A stretch of 57,245 nucleotides of DNA. Source: a virus. Its lineage: Duplodnaviria > Caudoviricetes. Position numbers and translations under genes: made by a program. Below are positions 1-9,476 of this stretch, in pieces (the first letter of the stretch is position 1; each line of letters begins with the position of its first letter). The stretch spans positions 1 to 57,245 of IMG/VR virus record IMGVR_UViG_3300010376_000010; one strand, 5' to 3'. The notes beneath the pieces are model-generated. The model worked only from the letters and a program-made list of their open reading frames with translations. It was not told the DNA's origin and did not search any database.

Positions 1-123
1 AACAGGCCGTAGACATCGGTCGCGGTCGCGGTTGACAGCGAGCTGACATCGGCCGTGACCACGGCCGCAGGCGCGAGCGGCGTGAAGAAGATGATGTACT
101 GACCGCCGGGGAAAAACCGGTAG
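1..123. repeat. Terminal direct repeat, left copy (circular assembly overlap)
   Basis: Identical to 57123-57245; lies inside the major tail gene, whose frame continues across the join. Confidence 0.97.
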
Positions 124-389
124 TTCGTCGGCGGCACGGAGCTGCCGTCCACGTAGACGACCGGCGGGACACGGCTGTCGCCGATCTTCTTCGTCCGGTC
201 GGTGATCGTGTACGCCTGTCCGACGGGGTAGGCGCGGGCACCACCGGGCATCGTCAGGATGTTGGAGAACGGCGCTGCGGGCGTCGGGGTGGACGCGCCC
301 TGAATCAGTGCGATGTAGCCATCCACGCCGCTGATCGGCAGGAGCGGCGCGGCGACGGCCAATGTCGCCTCGGGTGCTACCTGAGCCAT
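1..389 (-). CDS. Major tail (tube) protein, 5' part; continues across the origin to 56789 (240 aa in total)
   Basis: ATG at 389 with GGAGG RBS at 396-400; in frame with ORF 56789..57184; position between tail terminator and tail chaperone. Confidence 0.8.
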   Translation of the reverse strand, partial: MAQVAPEATLAVAAPLLPISGVDGYIALIQGASTPTPAAPFSNILTMPGGARAYPVGQAYTITDRTKKIGDSRVPPVVYVDGSSVPPTNYRFFPGGQYIIFFTPLAPAAVVTADVSSLSTATATDVYGL

Positions 390-426
390 TGCTGACCTCC
401 TGGTGAGTTGTTGGTTGAGGGTGAGA

Positions 427-942
427 TCAGAGCTTGATCGCAGTGATGCGCACGCTGAACAGCCGCTGCCGGATAACGACACCGGACTGGACAATCGCGG
501 TCCCGCGCGGCGCGATCGCCGGTCGGACCTGAACCGAGCCGTAGCCCGTAACGTTCAGTGGTGGTGTGAGGAGCCGCGCATAGGCTGCGGCGGCGATGCC
601 GACGACGTTCTGTGTCCCGCCCCGGATATTCGTCGTCGTGTGGCCGCGATCGACGGCGGTGCAATCGAAGAGCGCATCGAGATAGGCACCGCTGTAATCG
701 AGGGGCACGGTGTTGGCGGGATTGGTGACGATCAGATAGGGAAACTGCTGACCCTTGCCCGTGGCATCGGCATCGAGGTTCGCCTCGGGGTACACGCGCT
801 GGCCCGTCCCCTCATAGCCATTGACGGACTGGTCCCCTGTCACGCCGGGTTCGGCGAGCAGCGCCTGCACGATCGCGATGACGAACGCTTGCGTATCCGC
901 GTTCCGGGTCACAGGCGGATACGGAGAAACACTCATAGGCAA
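427..942 (-). CDS. Putative tail terminator/completion protein
   Basis: 171 aa with FPYLIV motif; lies between HK97 gp10-like gene and MTP; RBS GGAGG. Confidence 0.65.
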   Translation of the reverse strand: MPMSVSPYPPVTRNADTQAFVIAIVQALLAEPGVTGDQSVNGYEGTGQRVYPEANLDADATGKGQQFPYLIVTNPANTVPLDYSGAYLDALFDCTAVDRGHTTTNIRGGTQNVVGIAAAAYARLLTPPLNVTGYGSVQVRPAIAPRGTAIVQSGVVIRQRLFSVRITAIKL

Positions 943-949
943 CCCTCCC

Positions 950-1318
950 TCATGGCCTGCCGCCCGCGATCGCGATCGCGATGTCGCGGATCAGGTCCGC
1001 GCGGATCTCCTCGATCGCGGGGCGCAGGTAGGGGTTCTGGATGAACTGCCCCGTCTGGTAGTGGTGGAAGCCGTATTCCTGGTACTCGGCCCGCTTGTCG
1101 GGCAGGCCCGCTCCGGCTTCGAGGGTGAAGCCGTTCTCGGTCACCGCCACCTTCATCGACGCCTTGAGGTCACCGGTATCGACGGGCACGAGCTGCTGCG
1201 CGCGCTTGTATGCCTTGTCGGCATAGTCGGCGTACACCTGGCTGATGCGTTTCAGCCGTGTCTCGACCTTCGGAATCGACTTCAGTTTGATGTTGACATC
1301 GAAAAGCTTTTCACTCAT
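950..1318 (-). CDS. HK97 gp10-like neck/tail component
   Basis: PVDTGDLKAS, AEYQEYG and PYLRPA motifs. Confidence 0.85.
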   Translation of the reverse strand: MSEKLFDVNIKLKSIPKVETRLKRISQVYADYADKAYKRAQQLVPVDTGDLKASMKVAVTENGFTLEAGAGLPDKRAEYQEYGFHHYQTGQFIQNPYLRPAIEEIRADLIRDIAIAIAGGRP

Positions 1319-1481
1319 CGTCTTGCTTCAGCGTGCCGAACTGGGCGCGGCGCGCGCGGTCGATCGCGATCGCCTGATTGCGCAGGCGCACCGTCTCCGG
1401 GTCTTCTTCCGGCTCTGGCGCGGGCGGCGCAGCCGTCTCATCCGGCGCTTTCGCAGCCGGTTTCGTCTCTTCCTTTGCCAT
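1311..1481 (-). CDS. Small hypothetical protein (56 aa, MAKEETKPAAKAP...), not in the ORF track
   Basis: ATG 1481 to TGA 1311, overlapping the next start; fills the operon gap. Confidence 0.7.
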   Translation of the reverse strand: MAKEETKPAAKAPDETAAPPAPEPEEDPETVRLRNQAIAIDRARRAQFGTLKQDDE

Positions 1482-1494
1482 GGGTTGCCCCCTA

Positions 1495-1558
1495 TTGATT
1501 GATGAGTATCACACCCACACTATTTCGCAATCGGCAAGATGTGATACTCATCAATCAA
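1495..1558. repeat. Perfect 19-bp inverted repeat (TTGATTGATGAGTATCACA) with 26-nt spacer
   Basis: Arms at 1495-1513 and 1540-1558. Confidence 0.9.
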
Positions 1559-1929
1559 ATCATGCGGAGTGCGAGCTGAATCGAGGTGGTGAGGGTGCGA
1601 GCGAGATTGGTGCCGACGATCTCGTACTGATTACCCGCGTAGGCGATGTAATCCGAGGTGAGCACATCGGTGCCGATCGGCACGCGGAGAAAGCCGTGGA
1701 TCTCCCCCGAGATCCCGAAGGCGAGGAGCGATTCGGACGCCCGCAGGAGTGAAATCGTGAACCGGCAGGGGATGCCGGTCTGGACATACTCGCTGTTGTC
1801 TGCGGGAGAGTTGTCCTCATTCACGGCGCTGTTCAGCGGCCGGTGGATGTCGCACAGCGTGCGCATCGATTGCTCATCGAGCGCGCGCAGGCTGTCGATG
1901 GTTGGCTGCGGCAGGTACGTGTACGTCAT
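1555..1929 (-). CDS. Head-closure (stopper) / head-tail joining protein
   Basis: 124 aa, GIPCRF and VPIGTDV..SDYI....NQYEIVG pattern; synteny. Confidence 0.7.
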   Translation of the reverse strand: MTYTYLPQPTIDSLRALDEQSMRTLCDIHRPLNSAVNEDNSPADNSEYVQTGIPCRFTISLLRASESLLAFGISGEIHGFLRVPIGTDVLTSDYIAYAGNQYEIVGTNLARTLTTSIQLALRMI

Positions 1930-2372
1930 GGAACTACCCCGAGGGGCAGGTACGGATTGCCGATATAGCGCGGGTCATTCGCATCCGGAGCACCGGGCGG
2001 GGGCGTCGTCGGCGTGATCGCGGTCATCAGACCGGAGACGGCGAGTGCACCCTGACCGGCGAGCGCTAGCGGCGTCTGAATGGCGATCTGGCCGTCGAGA
2101 TCCTTGAGCTGATCCATCAGGTGGTCATGCATGTCGGAGAGCGACTGCCGCGTGTCGTCCACCGCTGCCGTGACTGCCTGCCAGACCTGACCGGCGAGCA
2201 TCTGTGTTGCGATACGCATCGCCCAGAGCGTCTGCAAGGGCGGATACGGTGCGTAGACACTCGTCATCGTCCAGATCAGATCGATATTCGCGGCAATGAT
2301 GCCGTTGTAATCACCGACCGAGGCGACAACGAAGTCTTTCATTTCCTGTTCAGTCGGCGGCGTGACGCTCAT
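1926..2372 (-). CDS. Head-tail adaptor/connector protein
   Basis: 148 aa, helical, precedes stopper; overlapping stop/start. Confidence 0.6.
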   Translation of the reverse strand: MSVTPPTEQEMKDFVVASVGDYNGIIAANIDLIWTMTSVYAPYPPLQTLWAMRIATQMLAGQVWQAVTAAVDDTRQSLSDMHDHLMDQLKDLDGQIAIQTPLALAGQGALAVSGLMTAITPTTPPPGAPDANDPRYIGNPYLPLGVVP

Positions 2373-2376
2373 TGTG

Positions 2377-2748
2377 TTACCCCGCGCGCGCGCTGACTTC
2401 GACGTTCTGATCGGGTTCGGGATCGGGGACGAAGTAGCCGTCGAACGGCATCCCGCTGTCTTCCGCAGCCTTCTTCGCTGCCTTCGCGGCCGACACCTCG
2501 TCTTTCGTGGCGTCGCGGATCGCGCCGAGGGCGTCGAGCCGCTTGAACTGACCCGGAGTGATCTCGCGCTCCGGGTGATCGGGATCGTGGTCGTTGTAAT
2601 CGTCCATCAGCACGACCATGTTCTTTCGCCAACCGAGCTGCACCGGTCCGACCGCGTCATGCAGGATGACGATGTCGCGGTTGCCGCCCTTCGGCTCACC
2701 GGAGTCGGTCTGCGGCCGTCGTACCGAGGATCCTGATGTGCTGGACAT
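2377..2748 (-). CDS. Hypothetical virion-associated protein
   Basis: 123 aa with RBS, directly after MCP. Confidence 0.6.
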   Translation of the reverse strand: MSSTSGSSVRRPQTDSGEPKGGNRDIVILHDAVGPVQLGWRKNMVVLMDDYNDHDPDHPEREITPGQFKRLDALGAIRDATKDEVSAAKAAKKAAEDSGMPFDGYFVPDPEPDQNVEVSARAG

Positions 2749-2764
2749 GGCGTTCCCCCCTCAG

Positions 2765-2841
2765 TGAGGGTGAGGTCCGGGGGTTGATCATTCGATTCGA
2801 GTTCCAGGGAATCGTTCTCTCTTACCCGGACCTCAACCTCA
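2765..2841 (-). terminator. Long intergenic hairpin after MCP (terminator or processing site)
   Basis: TGAGGGTGAGGTCCGGG (2765-2781) pairs with CCCGGACCTCAACCTCA (2825-2841). Confidence 0.5.
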
Positions 2842-3852
2842 GACATTCATCTGGACAATCGCGGTGCCAAAGAAGATGACCGGGCCACCCGAGTGACCGC
2901 GATGGACTTCGATCTTGCGCGGCGGTCCGTCATCGACGTTGTCGATCACCATGCTGTAGGCACCGGGAGCGAACCCGGCATTCGACGCGTTGCGGACCAT
3001 GCGGTACTGGCCGATCACCTGACCGGCGGGGCGCGAACCGATGACGATCGCTTTGCCGTTCGGGATGAACTGCACCCACGTGTTCGTCTCGTCGTAGTAG
3101 CCGCCGTCATAGACCGTGAAGTTGGCGAGGCCGTCCATCGAGACGAGGGTGTTGACATCCTGCGTGCCGTTGAGTGTCCCCAGTCCAAACCGCTTGCCGC
3201 CGAGGTCGGCAGCGTTGGTGTTGGCGAGCACGTTATTCATGGTCGTCTGGTTGACCCAGATCTGCGCCTGCGTGCCGAAGTTGACACTGGAACCGCGCGC
3301 CAGCAGCTTGAGCGAGCGCAGATCGGCGAGCGGTGTCGAGGTCGCGGGCGTGCTCCACGGCACCGTCGGCGTCATCGTGCGCAGGGTGAACGCGTCCTTG
3401 TGCACGATCGCGCCGGTCGGACCGGCGACCGAGAAGGTGCCGGTGGCGAGGAGCGTCCAGATCATCGCCTCGATCCGGTCCAGTTCGCGCTGGACGAGCT
3501 TCATGTTGGCGACACTGACGAGGTCATCGATGTTGACCGGCGCGTTATAGCTGCCGTACTGGCGGCGCACCGTCAGGTCTTCTTCATCGATGTTTTCGAA
3601 CTCCCCATAGACTCCAGGCTGCATTTGAAAGCGTTTCGCGCCGGTCCGCTTGATGCGCGTCGGCTCACCATTCAGCCCTCGGGCATACTGTAGCCCGATG
3701 AAATTATCCATCTGCTCCCACATGAGCAGAAACGCATCCTGCGTGGTGATGGGAAAGAACTGGAAGACGGGACGGTTGGCCTGGAGTCGCGGCATGAAAT
3801 CCTGCGCGATCTCCATCAGCTCCGAGTTGGACGGGTAGATAACGTCAGCCAC
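2839..3852 (-). CDS. Major capsid protein (lambda gpE-like, HK97 fold)
   Basis: 337 aa, PWSTPATSTPLADL and QFIPNGKAI motifs; follows decoration gene; strong RBS. Confidence 0.88.
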   Translation of the reverse strand: MADVIYPSNSELMEIAQDFMPRLQANRPVFQFFPITTQDAFLLMWEQMDNFIGLQYARGLNGEPTRIKRTGAKRFQMQPGVYGEFENIDEEDLTVRRQYGSYNAPVNIDDLVSVANMKLVQRELDRIEAMIWTLLATGTFSVAGPTGAIVHKDAFTLRTMTPTVPWSTPATSTPLADLRSLKLLARGSSVNFGTQAQIWVNQTTMNNVLANTNAADLGGKRFGLGTLNGTQDVNTLVSMDGLANFTVYDGGYYDETNTWVQFIPNGKAIVIGSRPAGQVIGQYRMVRNASNAGFAPGAYSMVIDNVDDGPPRKIEVHRGHSGGPVIFFGTAIVQMNV

Positions 3853-3946
3853 GTTGATTCCTCCCTGGTGGGTGGGATGAAGCCCGCACCCCGGCGCGAC
3901 ACCGGGGCACGAGCGTTAGGAAGGGGAGGGGGAAGAGTGAAGGCGA

Positions 3947-4357
3947 TTAGCCGAGGCGCACCGCGCCTGTGGTCACCGAACCGTTAATCAGCCGCCAGCC
4001 GCCTGCGGTGAGGGCGTTGGCATCGAGGCCGGTGAGGTCGGCGCAGGCGAATGTCCCCGCAAAGAATGCGTGGGTGTCGAGCCGGATCATGTTGTTCTCG
4101 CCGGGGATGGTGATATTGCCGCTGGCGTCTACCGTGACCGCGTCACGCAGGATGCACTTCGGCACCTGCGAGCCGTCGGAGCTGCCCGAGGCATAGGCTT
4201 TGAACGTCCCCGGCGTGGCGCTGACCTCGCCGAGCACGGTCCCTTTCACGTAGGTGACCGGCCCGACGAGGCTGACCGCGTACTCCAGAGCGTCCTCGCC
4301 GTCCAGAAGGGGGTCGAGCTTGTTATTCGAGAAGGTCGTAACCGGTGTCGTCGGCAT
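3947..4357 (-). CDS. Head decoration protein (gpD-like)
   Basis: KGTVLGEV...FKAY...SDGSQVPKCIL motif. Confidence 0.85.
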   Translation of the reverse strand: MPTTPVTTFSNNKLDPLLDGEDALEYAVSLVGPVTYVKGTVLGEVSATPGTFKAYASGSSDGSQVPKCILRDAVTVDASGNITIPGENNMIRLDTHAFFAGTFACADLTGLDANALTAGGWRLINGSVTTGAVRLG

Positions 4358-4410
4358 GATCGTTCCTCCCTGTGTGGGGTGTGAGCTGCGATGGGGAGTT
4401 CAGGTGGATG

Positions 4411-5805
4411 TCAGTTGTTCATGGCGAAGCCAGTGAGTTCCATGAGGTACTTCTTGCGATCGGCGTTCATCTTGACGGGCGCGGTCGTCGCCTCAGGCCG
4501 CTGCGCCATCATGATCGTGCCGTCGCGGAGCTGCTCCTGTGTCAGGCTGTGGGGGACGCGCGCCGCGTGGCGTGCCCGCAGAGCATCGGTACGCGTGCCT
4601 TCCTTCGATTCCCCCGCCACCGAGAACTGAACTGTGCGGGGTGCGGCCGCGTCATCGGTCGCGGCATCGACATAGGCGGCGACGAGGTCACCGCGTTCGG
4701 CCGGAAGTGCGCGGAAGGCAGCGATTTCCTGATCGGCCCACATTCCGGCTCGCTCACGAATCACCTCCGCATCGCGCGCGCGCTCCCGTTCGCCACGGGC
4801 CGTGTTCTCGGCGGTCAGGGCGGTGAGCTGCGCCGTCTGGGCCGCAATCTGCGCCTGCATCGCCTTGTACTCTTCGGATTCCGCGAATGACACGGTGTCC
4901 TCCTCTGCCCTGTCGGGCACTGTGACCGGCGTGCCAGGTGGTGTTGCGGTGGCCGGTCGCTGATCGGTGCCCGTCAGCAGGGCGGGGATGGTGAGAGGAA
5001 TGCTGACAATGGAGTTTCCGGTGGTGGTGGTGAGCGCCATGCCGGTCTGAATCTGCGGTCCGCTCGCCTTCTGGAAGGTCATGTTCAGGGCCGGGATGAC
5101 GATTTCATGGTTGTGATCAGTGCTCGCAGGCGCATCGCAGCCGGTCAGATCGCCCCCGGCAGCGCTGAACGCACTCAGAAGCGCGGCGTCTGGCACCCGT
5201 GGCTCGATCACGAGCGCGTTGCCGACGATCCCCATCGTCTCCTTGTCCCACGAGAGGCTCGTCTTGATCGGCGCGTCCCCGATCGCCTCATGGAGCCAGC
5301 GCGGCAGCTCCACCTCGCCCATCAGCGATCCGCCGTCTTCTGACACGCTGACAGATGTCAATCGGCCGAGTTTTCCTGACAGAATCGTCGGCATGTGCTC
5401 CAGATCGTTGTCAACGGGAGAGAAATTACTCGCGGCGATGAAGAGATCTTCCACGCTGCACGCGAACTGTTTGTCGGGATAGTCGCCCGCTTCGAAGATC
5501 TTCCCGCGCCGTACGACCGTGTCGGAGCGCTCTTCGCCGTCTTCGAGGGCGAAAATGGTCGGCATGATGCCGGAAAAGGCGCTCACGGACATCCACGTCT
5601 CGGGAATCGGCCAGCCATTGGACCGCGCTTTGCCCTTGAGGCACGTCTTGATCGGCCCCGGATCGCCCCCGGCGCGGCCGATCGCGCGGACGGCGTTGTC
5701 ATAATCGGCCCGATCTGCTACGGGAAAGGAACGATTCGGACCGCAGAAGATGTTCGCAGGCGCATTCTGGCGCTCAGACGCGCTTGCCTGACCCCATTTG
5801 GACAT
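4411..5805 (-). CDS. Prohead protease/scaffold protein (Mu gpI-like) with extra N-terminal domain
   Basis: GKIFEAGDY, DLEH, GNAL..EPRV pattern; coiled-coil C-terminus; N-terminal SFPV..RADYDNAVRAIGRA module. Confidence 0.7.
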   Translation of the reverse strand: MSKWGQASASERQNAPANIFCGPNRSFPVADRADYDNAVRAIGRAGGDPGPIKTCLKGKARSNGWPIPETWMSVSAFSGIMPTIFALEDGEERSDTVVRRGKIFEAGDYPDKQFACSVEDLFIAASNFSPVDNDLEHMPTILSGKLGRLTSVSVSEDGGSLMGEVELPRWLHEAIGDAPIKTSLSWDKETMGIVGNALVIEPRVPDAALLSAFSAAGGDLTGCDAPASTDHNHEIVIPALNMTFQKASGPQIQTGMALTTTTGNSIVSIPLTIPALLTGTDQRPATATPPGTPVTVPDRAEEDTVSFAESEEYKAMQAQIAAQTAQLTALTAENTARGERERARDAEVIRERAGMWADQEIAAFRALPAERGDLVAAYVDAATDDAAAPRTVQFSVAGESKEGTRTDALRARHAARVPHSLTQEQLRDGTIMMAQRPEATTAPVKMNADRKKYLMELTGFAMNN

Positions 5806-5814
5806 AGCCAGCTC

Positions 5815-5967
5815 CTAACCGATGAGATCGCGATGCAGGATGAAGTTGCCGGTTCGGTAGTGGCAGTAGAGGCGCTGGCCGTGATACATCCAGCGCGGAT
5901 GACGGGTGTAGCGGGTAGCCCACGGGCCTTTGACGCGCCGCCACGCGCGTCGTGGACTGCCCCACAT
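5815..5967 (-). CDS. Small basic hypothetical protein (50 aa, MWGSPRRAW...), not in the ORF track
   Basis: TGATG coupling to the upstream ORF; fills the gap. Confidence 0.55.
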   Translation of the reverse strand: MWGSPRRAWRRVKGPWATRYTRHPRWMYHGQRLYCHYRTGNFILHRDLIG

Positions 5968-6233
5968 CAGGCCGCACTCCGTTCGCGCGCGCGCCGTCGG
6001 CGCTGTCGTTCGGCTTCCTGACGCCGGTAATCGTCACCGCCCGCGCGGCGGCGCTCACGATGGCTGCGGTTCATGCAGTCGCGGCACTGGAAGCTGAGAT
6101 AGCCGTGATCCCTCGTGCCCCATTCATTGCGATCGACCGAGCGGTAACGCTCGCAGCCGGGGCACCATTTGGTGCGCGCGCCCGTCGTCTCATCGATGAT
6201 CACCGGGTAGGGCGAGTGCTGACCGCTCCCCAT
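5967..6233 (-). CDS. Zinc-finger protein (CPGC...CRDC) with Arg-rich tail
   Basis: ATG 6233 with AGGAGG RBS. Confidence 0.65.
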   Translation of the reverse strand: MGSGQHSPYPVIIDETTGARTKWCPGCERYRSVDRNEWGTRDHGYLSFQCRDCMNRSHRERRRAGGDDYRRQEAERQRRRRARERSAA

Positions 6234-6235
6234 AT

Positions 6236-6421
6236 CTATCCTCCTGCTGCCCAGATGAAGAGGGCGATCGAGGCGAGACAGAACGCAGCGAAGGCGATCG
6301 TGCGCTTCCAGTCGTCGCGCGGAGAGCCGACGAGGCCGGTGATCGCGAGAAAGCCGAAGGCGATCGCCGCAATCAGCAGCAGGAGCGACTTCACGTTGAA
6401 TGCGAGCGCCAGCACGATCAT
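6236..6421 (-). CDS. Small two-TM membrane protein
   Basis: Two hydrophobic helices; ATGA overlap with portal stop. Confidence 0.65.
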   Translation of the reverse strand: MIVLALAFNVKSLLLLIAAIAFGFLAITGLVGSPRDDWKRTIAFAAFCLASIALFIWAAGG

Positions 6422-8004
6422 GCGGCCCGTCCTTCCTGCGGCGGCTGCTGCGCGCCACGAGGCCGGGTGCCCTCTGGGCGGGATGCGGGTTCGATTCCTC
6501 CGGGTGGTCTTTGCGGCATTTCCTCCGGATTCCTCTCCCCCGCAGGCGGCATCTGACCGGGCATGCCGGTCGGTCTACCCGGTGGGATGCCGGTTGGTGG
6601 CGGCGCAGGCGGCTTCGGCTTGTTGGCGGCGCTGTACGCGGCCAGATCCTCGGGACTGGCCGGGGGCAGATCGAGGTCGGTATAGAGATCGGGGAGCTGG
6701 CTCGGCAGGATCAGACCGGCATTGGCGAGGTTCGCCACCGCGATCATGCGTGGGGAAAGGTCTTCTGCTTCCAGCTCGCTGAGATTGACATTCGGCACGA
6801 GCGTCTTCGCGGCCGCGTCGCCGAAGTTCATGCGCACGAGTGGCGTCAGCACGTCGGTCTTGAGCATCCGGCCGACCGCGCGCTTCCCCATCCGTACCAG
6901 AAGCGCCAGAATGTCCTGATGCACCTCGGCGGCGGCGCGCGTCTCGTGCTGCGATTCCTGTGTCGCCAGTGTCTGGTGCAGGATGGCCGTGCTGATTTGC
7001 CGATCGAACCGGTCGAACGCGTGCTGGAACGGGATGCCCTCACCATTGATTTCGATCGGCTTCGCCTGCGTCCCGAACGGGAGCACGAGATAGCTGCCAT
7101 TGCGGAAATCGGCGAGCGCCTGCGCGATCTGGTCCGACACCGTCAGCGGCGCGTTCGGGCTGTCCGGCACCGTGTACGGCACACCCTGATCCGGCGCGGT
7201 CGCGATAATCGAGGCGCTCGCGAACTGTGTGAGATATTTGAGATATTCGGGGATCATCTGGGCCTTATCCCACCACGGGCGGTAGGCAGGCCGCAGCAGG
7301 GACGTGCCGCGCGGATCCGAGTCGTGCATCCAGTTCGAGTAGACGACGAACTTGTCGCGCGGCAGCATGTTCGGCTGCGTCGCGGGATCGATCGGCGTGC
7401 CGGTGATCAGCGTCACCCCCGTCGCCATACCGGGAATCTGTGCCAGTAAGCCCAGCACGTTCATATAGGCGTCCACGACGAACGCCGTCGCCCGTCGCGG
7501 CTTCACTTTCAGTGCGGACAACCTGAGCTGGTTGCCGTCGAGCGTGTACACCTGCTCGGCCACCTTGGAGCCATAGGCGAGGGCGTCGAGCAGATCCCAG
7601 AGGACGACATCGATCGAGGGGTTGAGCGTATCGAGGCAGGAGTTGCAGAAGTCGCAGACCTCCTGTGCGCGGCCGTAGCGTTTCGCATTCTGGTCGGGGA
7701 CGGCGGGTGCCAGTTCGACGCCGTCGGAGAGGATCGCGGTCTTGAGCGTGTTGATGCAGGCATTTACCTGCGGGTCCAGCATCATCTTCGCGTAGATATC
7801 GTCGGCGAAATCCTGCGTCAGATCGTCGTAGGAATACGGCAGCGCGCGCGGCACGTTTCCCCACCACGACAGCCTGCCGCCCGCGACCGCTTCCTGCGTC
7901 GCCGGGGCGCGGATCACCTGCGTTTTCGACGGCATTCCCGTCGCATTGGGCAGCGTCGGCGTCCCGTTCACCTGGATTTCGTCGGCGATCACCTTGTCCG
8001 GCAT
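6418..8004 (-). CDS. Portal protein (Mu gp29/DUF935-like)
   Basis: LLDALAYG, PRGTSLLRPAY..WW, ISTAILHQTL, AEVHQD motifs; follows terL. Confidence 0.9.
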   Translation of the reverse strand: MPDKVIADEIQVNGTPTLPNATGMPSKTQVIRAPATQEAVAGGRLSWWGNVPRALPYSYDDLTQDFADDIYAKMMLDPQVNACINTLKTAILSDGVELAPAVPDQNAKRYGRAQEVCDFCNSCLDTLNPSIDVVLWDLLDALAYGSKVAEQVYTLDGNQLRLSALKVKPRRATAFVVDAYMNVLGLLAQIPGMATGVTLITGTPIDPATQPNMLPRDKFVVYSNWMHDSDPRGTSLLRPAYRPWWDKAQMIPEYLKYLTQFASASIIATAPDQGVPYTVPDSPNAPLTVSDQIAQALADFRNGSYLVLPFGTQAKPIEINGEGIPFQHAFDRFDRQISTAILHQTLATQESQHETRAAAEVHQDILALLVRMGKRAVGRMLKTDVLTPLVRMNFGDAAAKTLVPNVNLSELEAEDLSPRMIAVANLANAGLILPSQLPDLYTDLDLPPASPEDLAAYSAANKPKPPAPPPTGIPPGRPTGMPGQMPPAGERNPEEMPQRPPGGIEPASRPEGTRPRGAQQPPQEGRAA

Positions 8005-8129
8005 CTTGCGCTCCGTGCTATGCTGAAGGCGGTCGGTTGCTGTTCATCGTGGTCATCGTTGTGGTATCCTTTCGGCAGGTGACCCCGCTCCATCTCTAGA
8101 GGATGGTCGGGGTCATCTGTTGCGTCGGG

Positions 8130-9476
8130 CTACCGGATGTCCGCGAGCTTGAGCCGGGTGGGGAACCGGTTACCGCCCGCGATCGCCGGTCCGACCGGCC
8201 GCACTGCCAGTTGTGCAAACGCACCACTCCCGGCGTCCACCTGATCGTCGTGTGCGCCGAGCGGAAAGGCTTCGTGCTCGTCGAAGTAGGCCGCGTTCCA
8301 CGGTGCCCGCAGGATGCGGACATTTCCGGCATTCACCTGCGCCGAGTAGGGCTTGGCCCGCTCGATCTTGGGACCGGTGGCGCGGACGGCATAGACTGCA
8401 TATCCCACGAGCACCTCGCGGATGAACCGGTCGGTGACGATCTTGCCCGACGCACCCGGCTCCTGCTCGATGAAGACCGGCACCCCGGTCCCGTCCAGCT
8501 CTGCCGTCCGTCGCAGCATCTGCTCGACCTCCGCAGGCGATCCCCGGAAGCGCCGGATGTCCTCGATCGTCCACATCCCGTCCGCTGTCCGGCTCACCCG
8601 CGCCCCGACCGTCCAGTCCGGATCGTGTGAGGCCGATTCCTTCGTCGCCGCGAGATCCCAGTAGCGCACCCGCCGCGCCTGCTCCGGTAATGCGTCGATC
8701 ACCGAGTACCACTCGCGCCGGAAGAGGTTGCCGTCGTAGCGCGCGTTCCAGTCGCCCGCTAAAAGCTGCGCGCGCGTCACCGGATCGAGGTTTTCGAGGC
8801 TCTTTTCGTACTCTTCGCGGTCCAGATGCGGGTTGTCGGTCAGTCTTGCCGGGAAAAATGGCCGTTCTCGCTGACTTTCCGGCGATAAATAGCGGTTTTT
8901 CACCCATTCGTGACCAATACTGCCCGGATTAGACGCCCCACGGAGCCTGATTGGTACCCGCGCGCCGCGTAAGCGCCGCAGCCGCGAGAACAGGAACATC
9001 ACCTGCCGCTCCGTGAACTGCGTCATCTCGTCCACACCCACGTACTGGAACTCGGCTGACTTGTACCGTTCGAGGTCCGCGTCCGTCGCCAGAAAGCCGA
9101 AACTGATCCGCGCCCCGCTCGGGAACTGCCAGCGCTTCTCCGTCCGGCTCCAGACCGCGTCCGTGTCCCCCCACCAGTCCGAGGCGCGGTCCATGATCGC
9201 CCCCGGCAGGCTCAGGTCGGCGTACGTCCGTCGCAAAAGCAGCCCCGAGTATTCCGGCACGTGCACGAACTGCGCCGCACCCATCAACAGCGCGTCGCTC
9301 TTCCCGCCACCCGCGCTCCCGCCATAGAATGCCTCGCGTAACATGCACGCCAGGAACGCCGTCTGTTTCGGTGTCGGCATGTGCGGGATGAACGGGTTCG
9401 ATAGCACCGTCGCGTCCAGTAACGCGATCTCCCGCTGCTGCTGCTCATGCCTCGTCTGGCGCGTTTCTGACGACAT
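8130..9476 (-). CDS. terL: Terminase large subunit
   Basis: YGGSAGGGKS Walker A, VDE Walker B, ASNPG, DNPHL, YWDLAA, HDDQVDA nuclease motifs. Confidence 0.96.
   Translation of the reverse strand: MSSETRQTRHEQQQREIALLDATVLSNPFIPHMPTPKQTAFLACMLREAFYGGSAGGGKSDALLMGAAQFVHVPEYSGLLLRRTYADLSLPGAIMDRASDWWGDTDAVWSRTEKRWQFPSGARISFGFLATDADLERYKSAEFQYVGVDEMTQFTERQVMFLFSRLRRLRGARVPIRLRGASNPGSIGHEWVKNRYLSPESQRERPFFPARLTDNPHLDREEYEKSLENLDPVTRAQLLAGDWNARYDGNLFRREWYSVIDALPEQARRVRYWDLAATKESASHDPDWTVGARVSRTADGMWTIEDIRRFRGSPAEVEQMLRRTAELDGTGVPVFIEQEPGASGKIVTDRFIREVLVGYAVYAVRATGPKIERAKPYSAQVNAGNVRILRAPWNAAYFDEHEAFPLGAHDDQVDAGSGAFAQLAVRPVGPAIAGGNRFPTRLKLADIR

Noticed and set aside
1-123. 123-bp terminal repeat as a biological DTR or att site
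   Set aside because: It falls mid-gene in the major tail protein with the frame preserved, which is typical of assembler circular overlap
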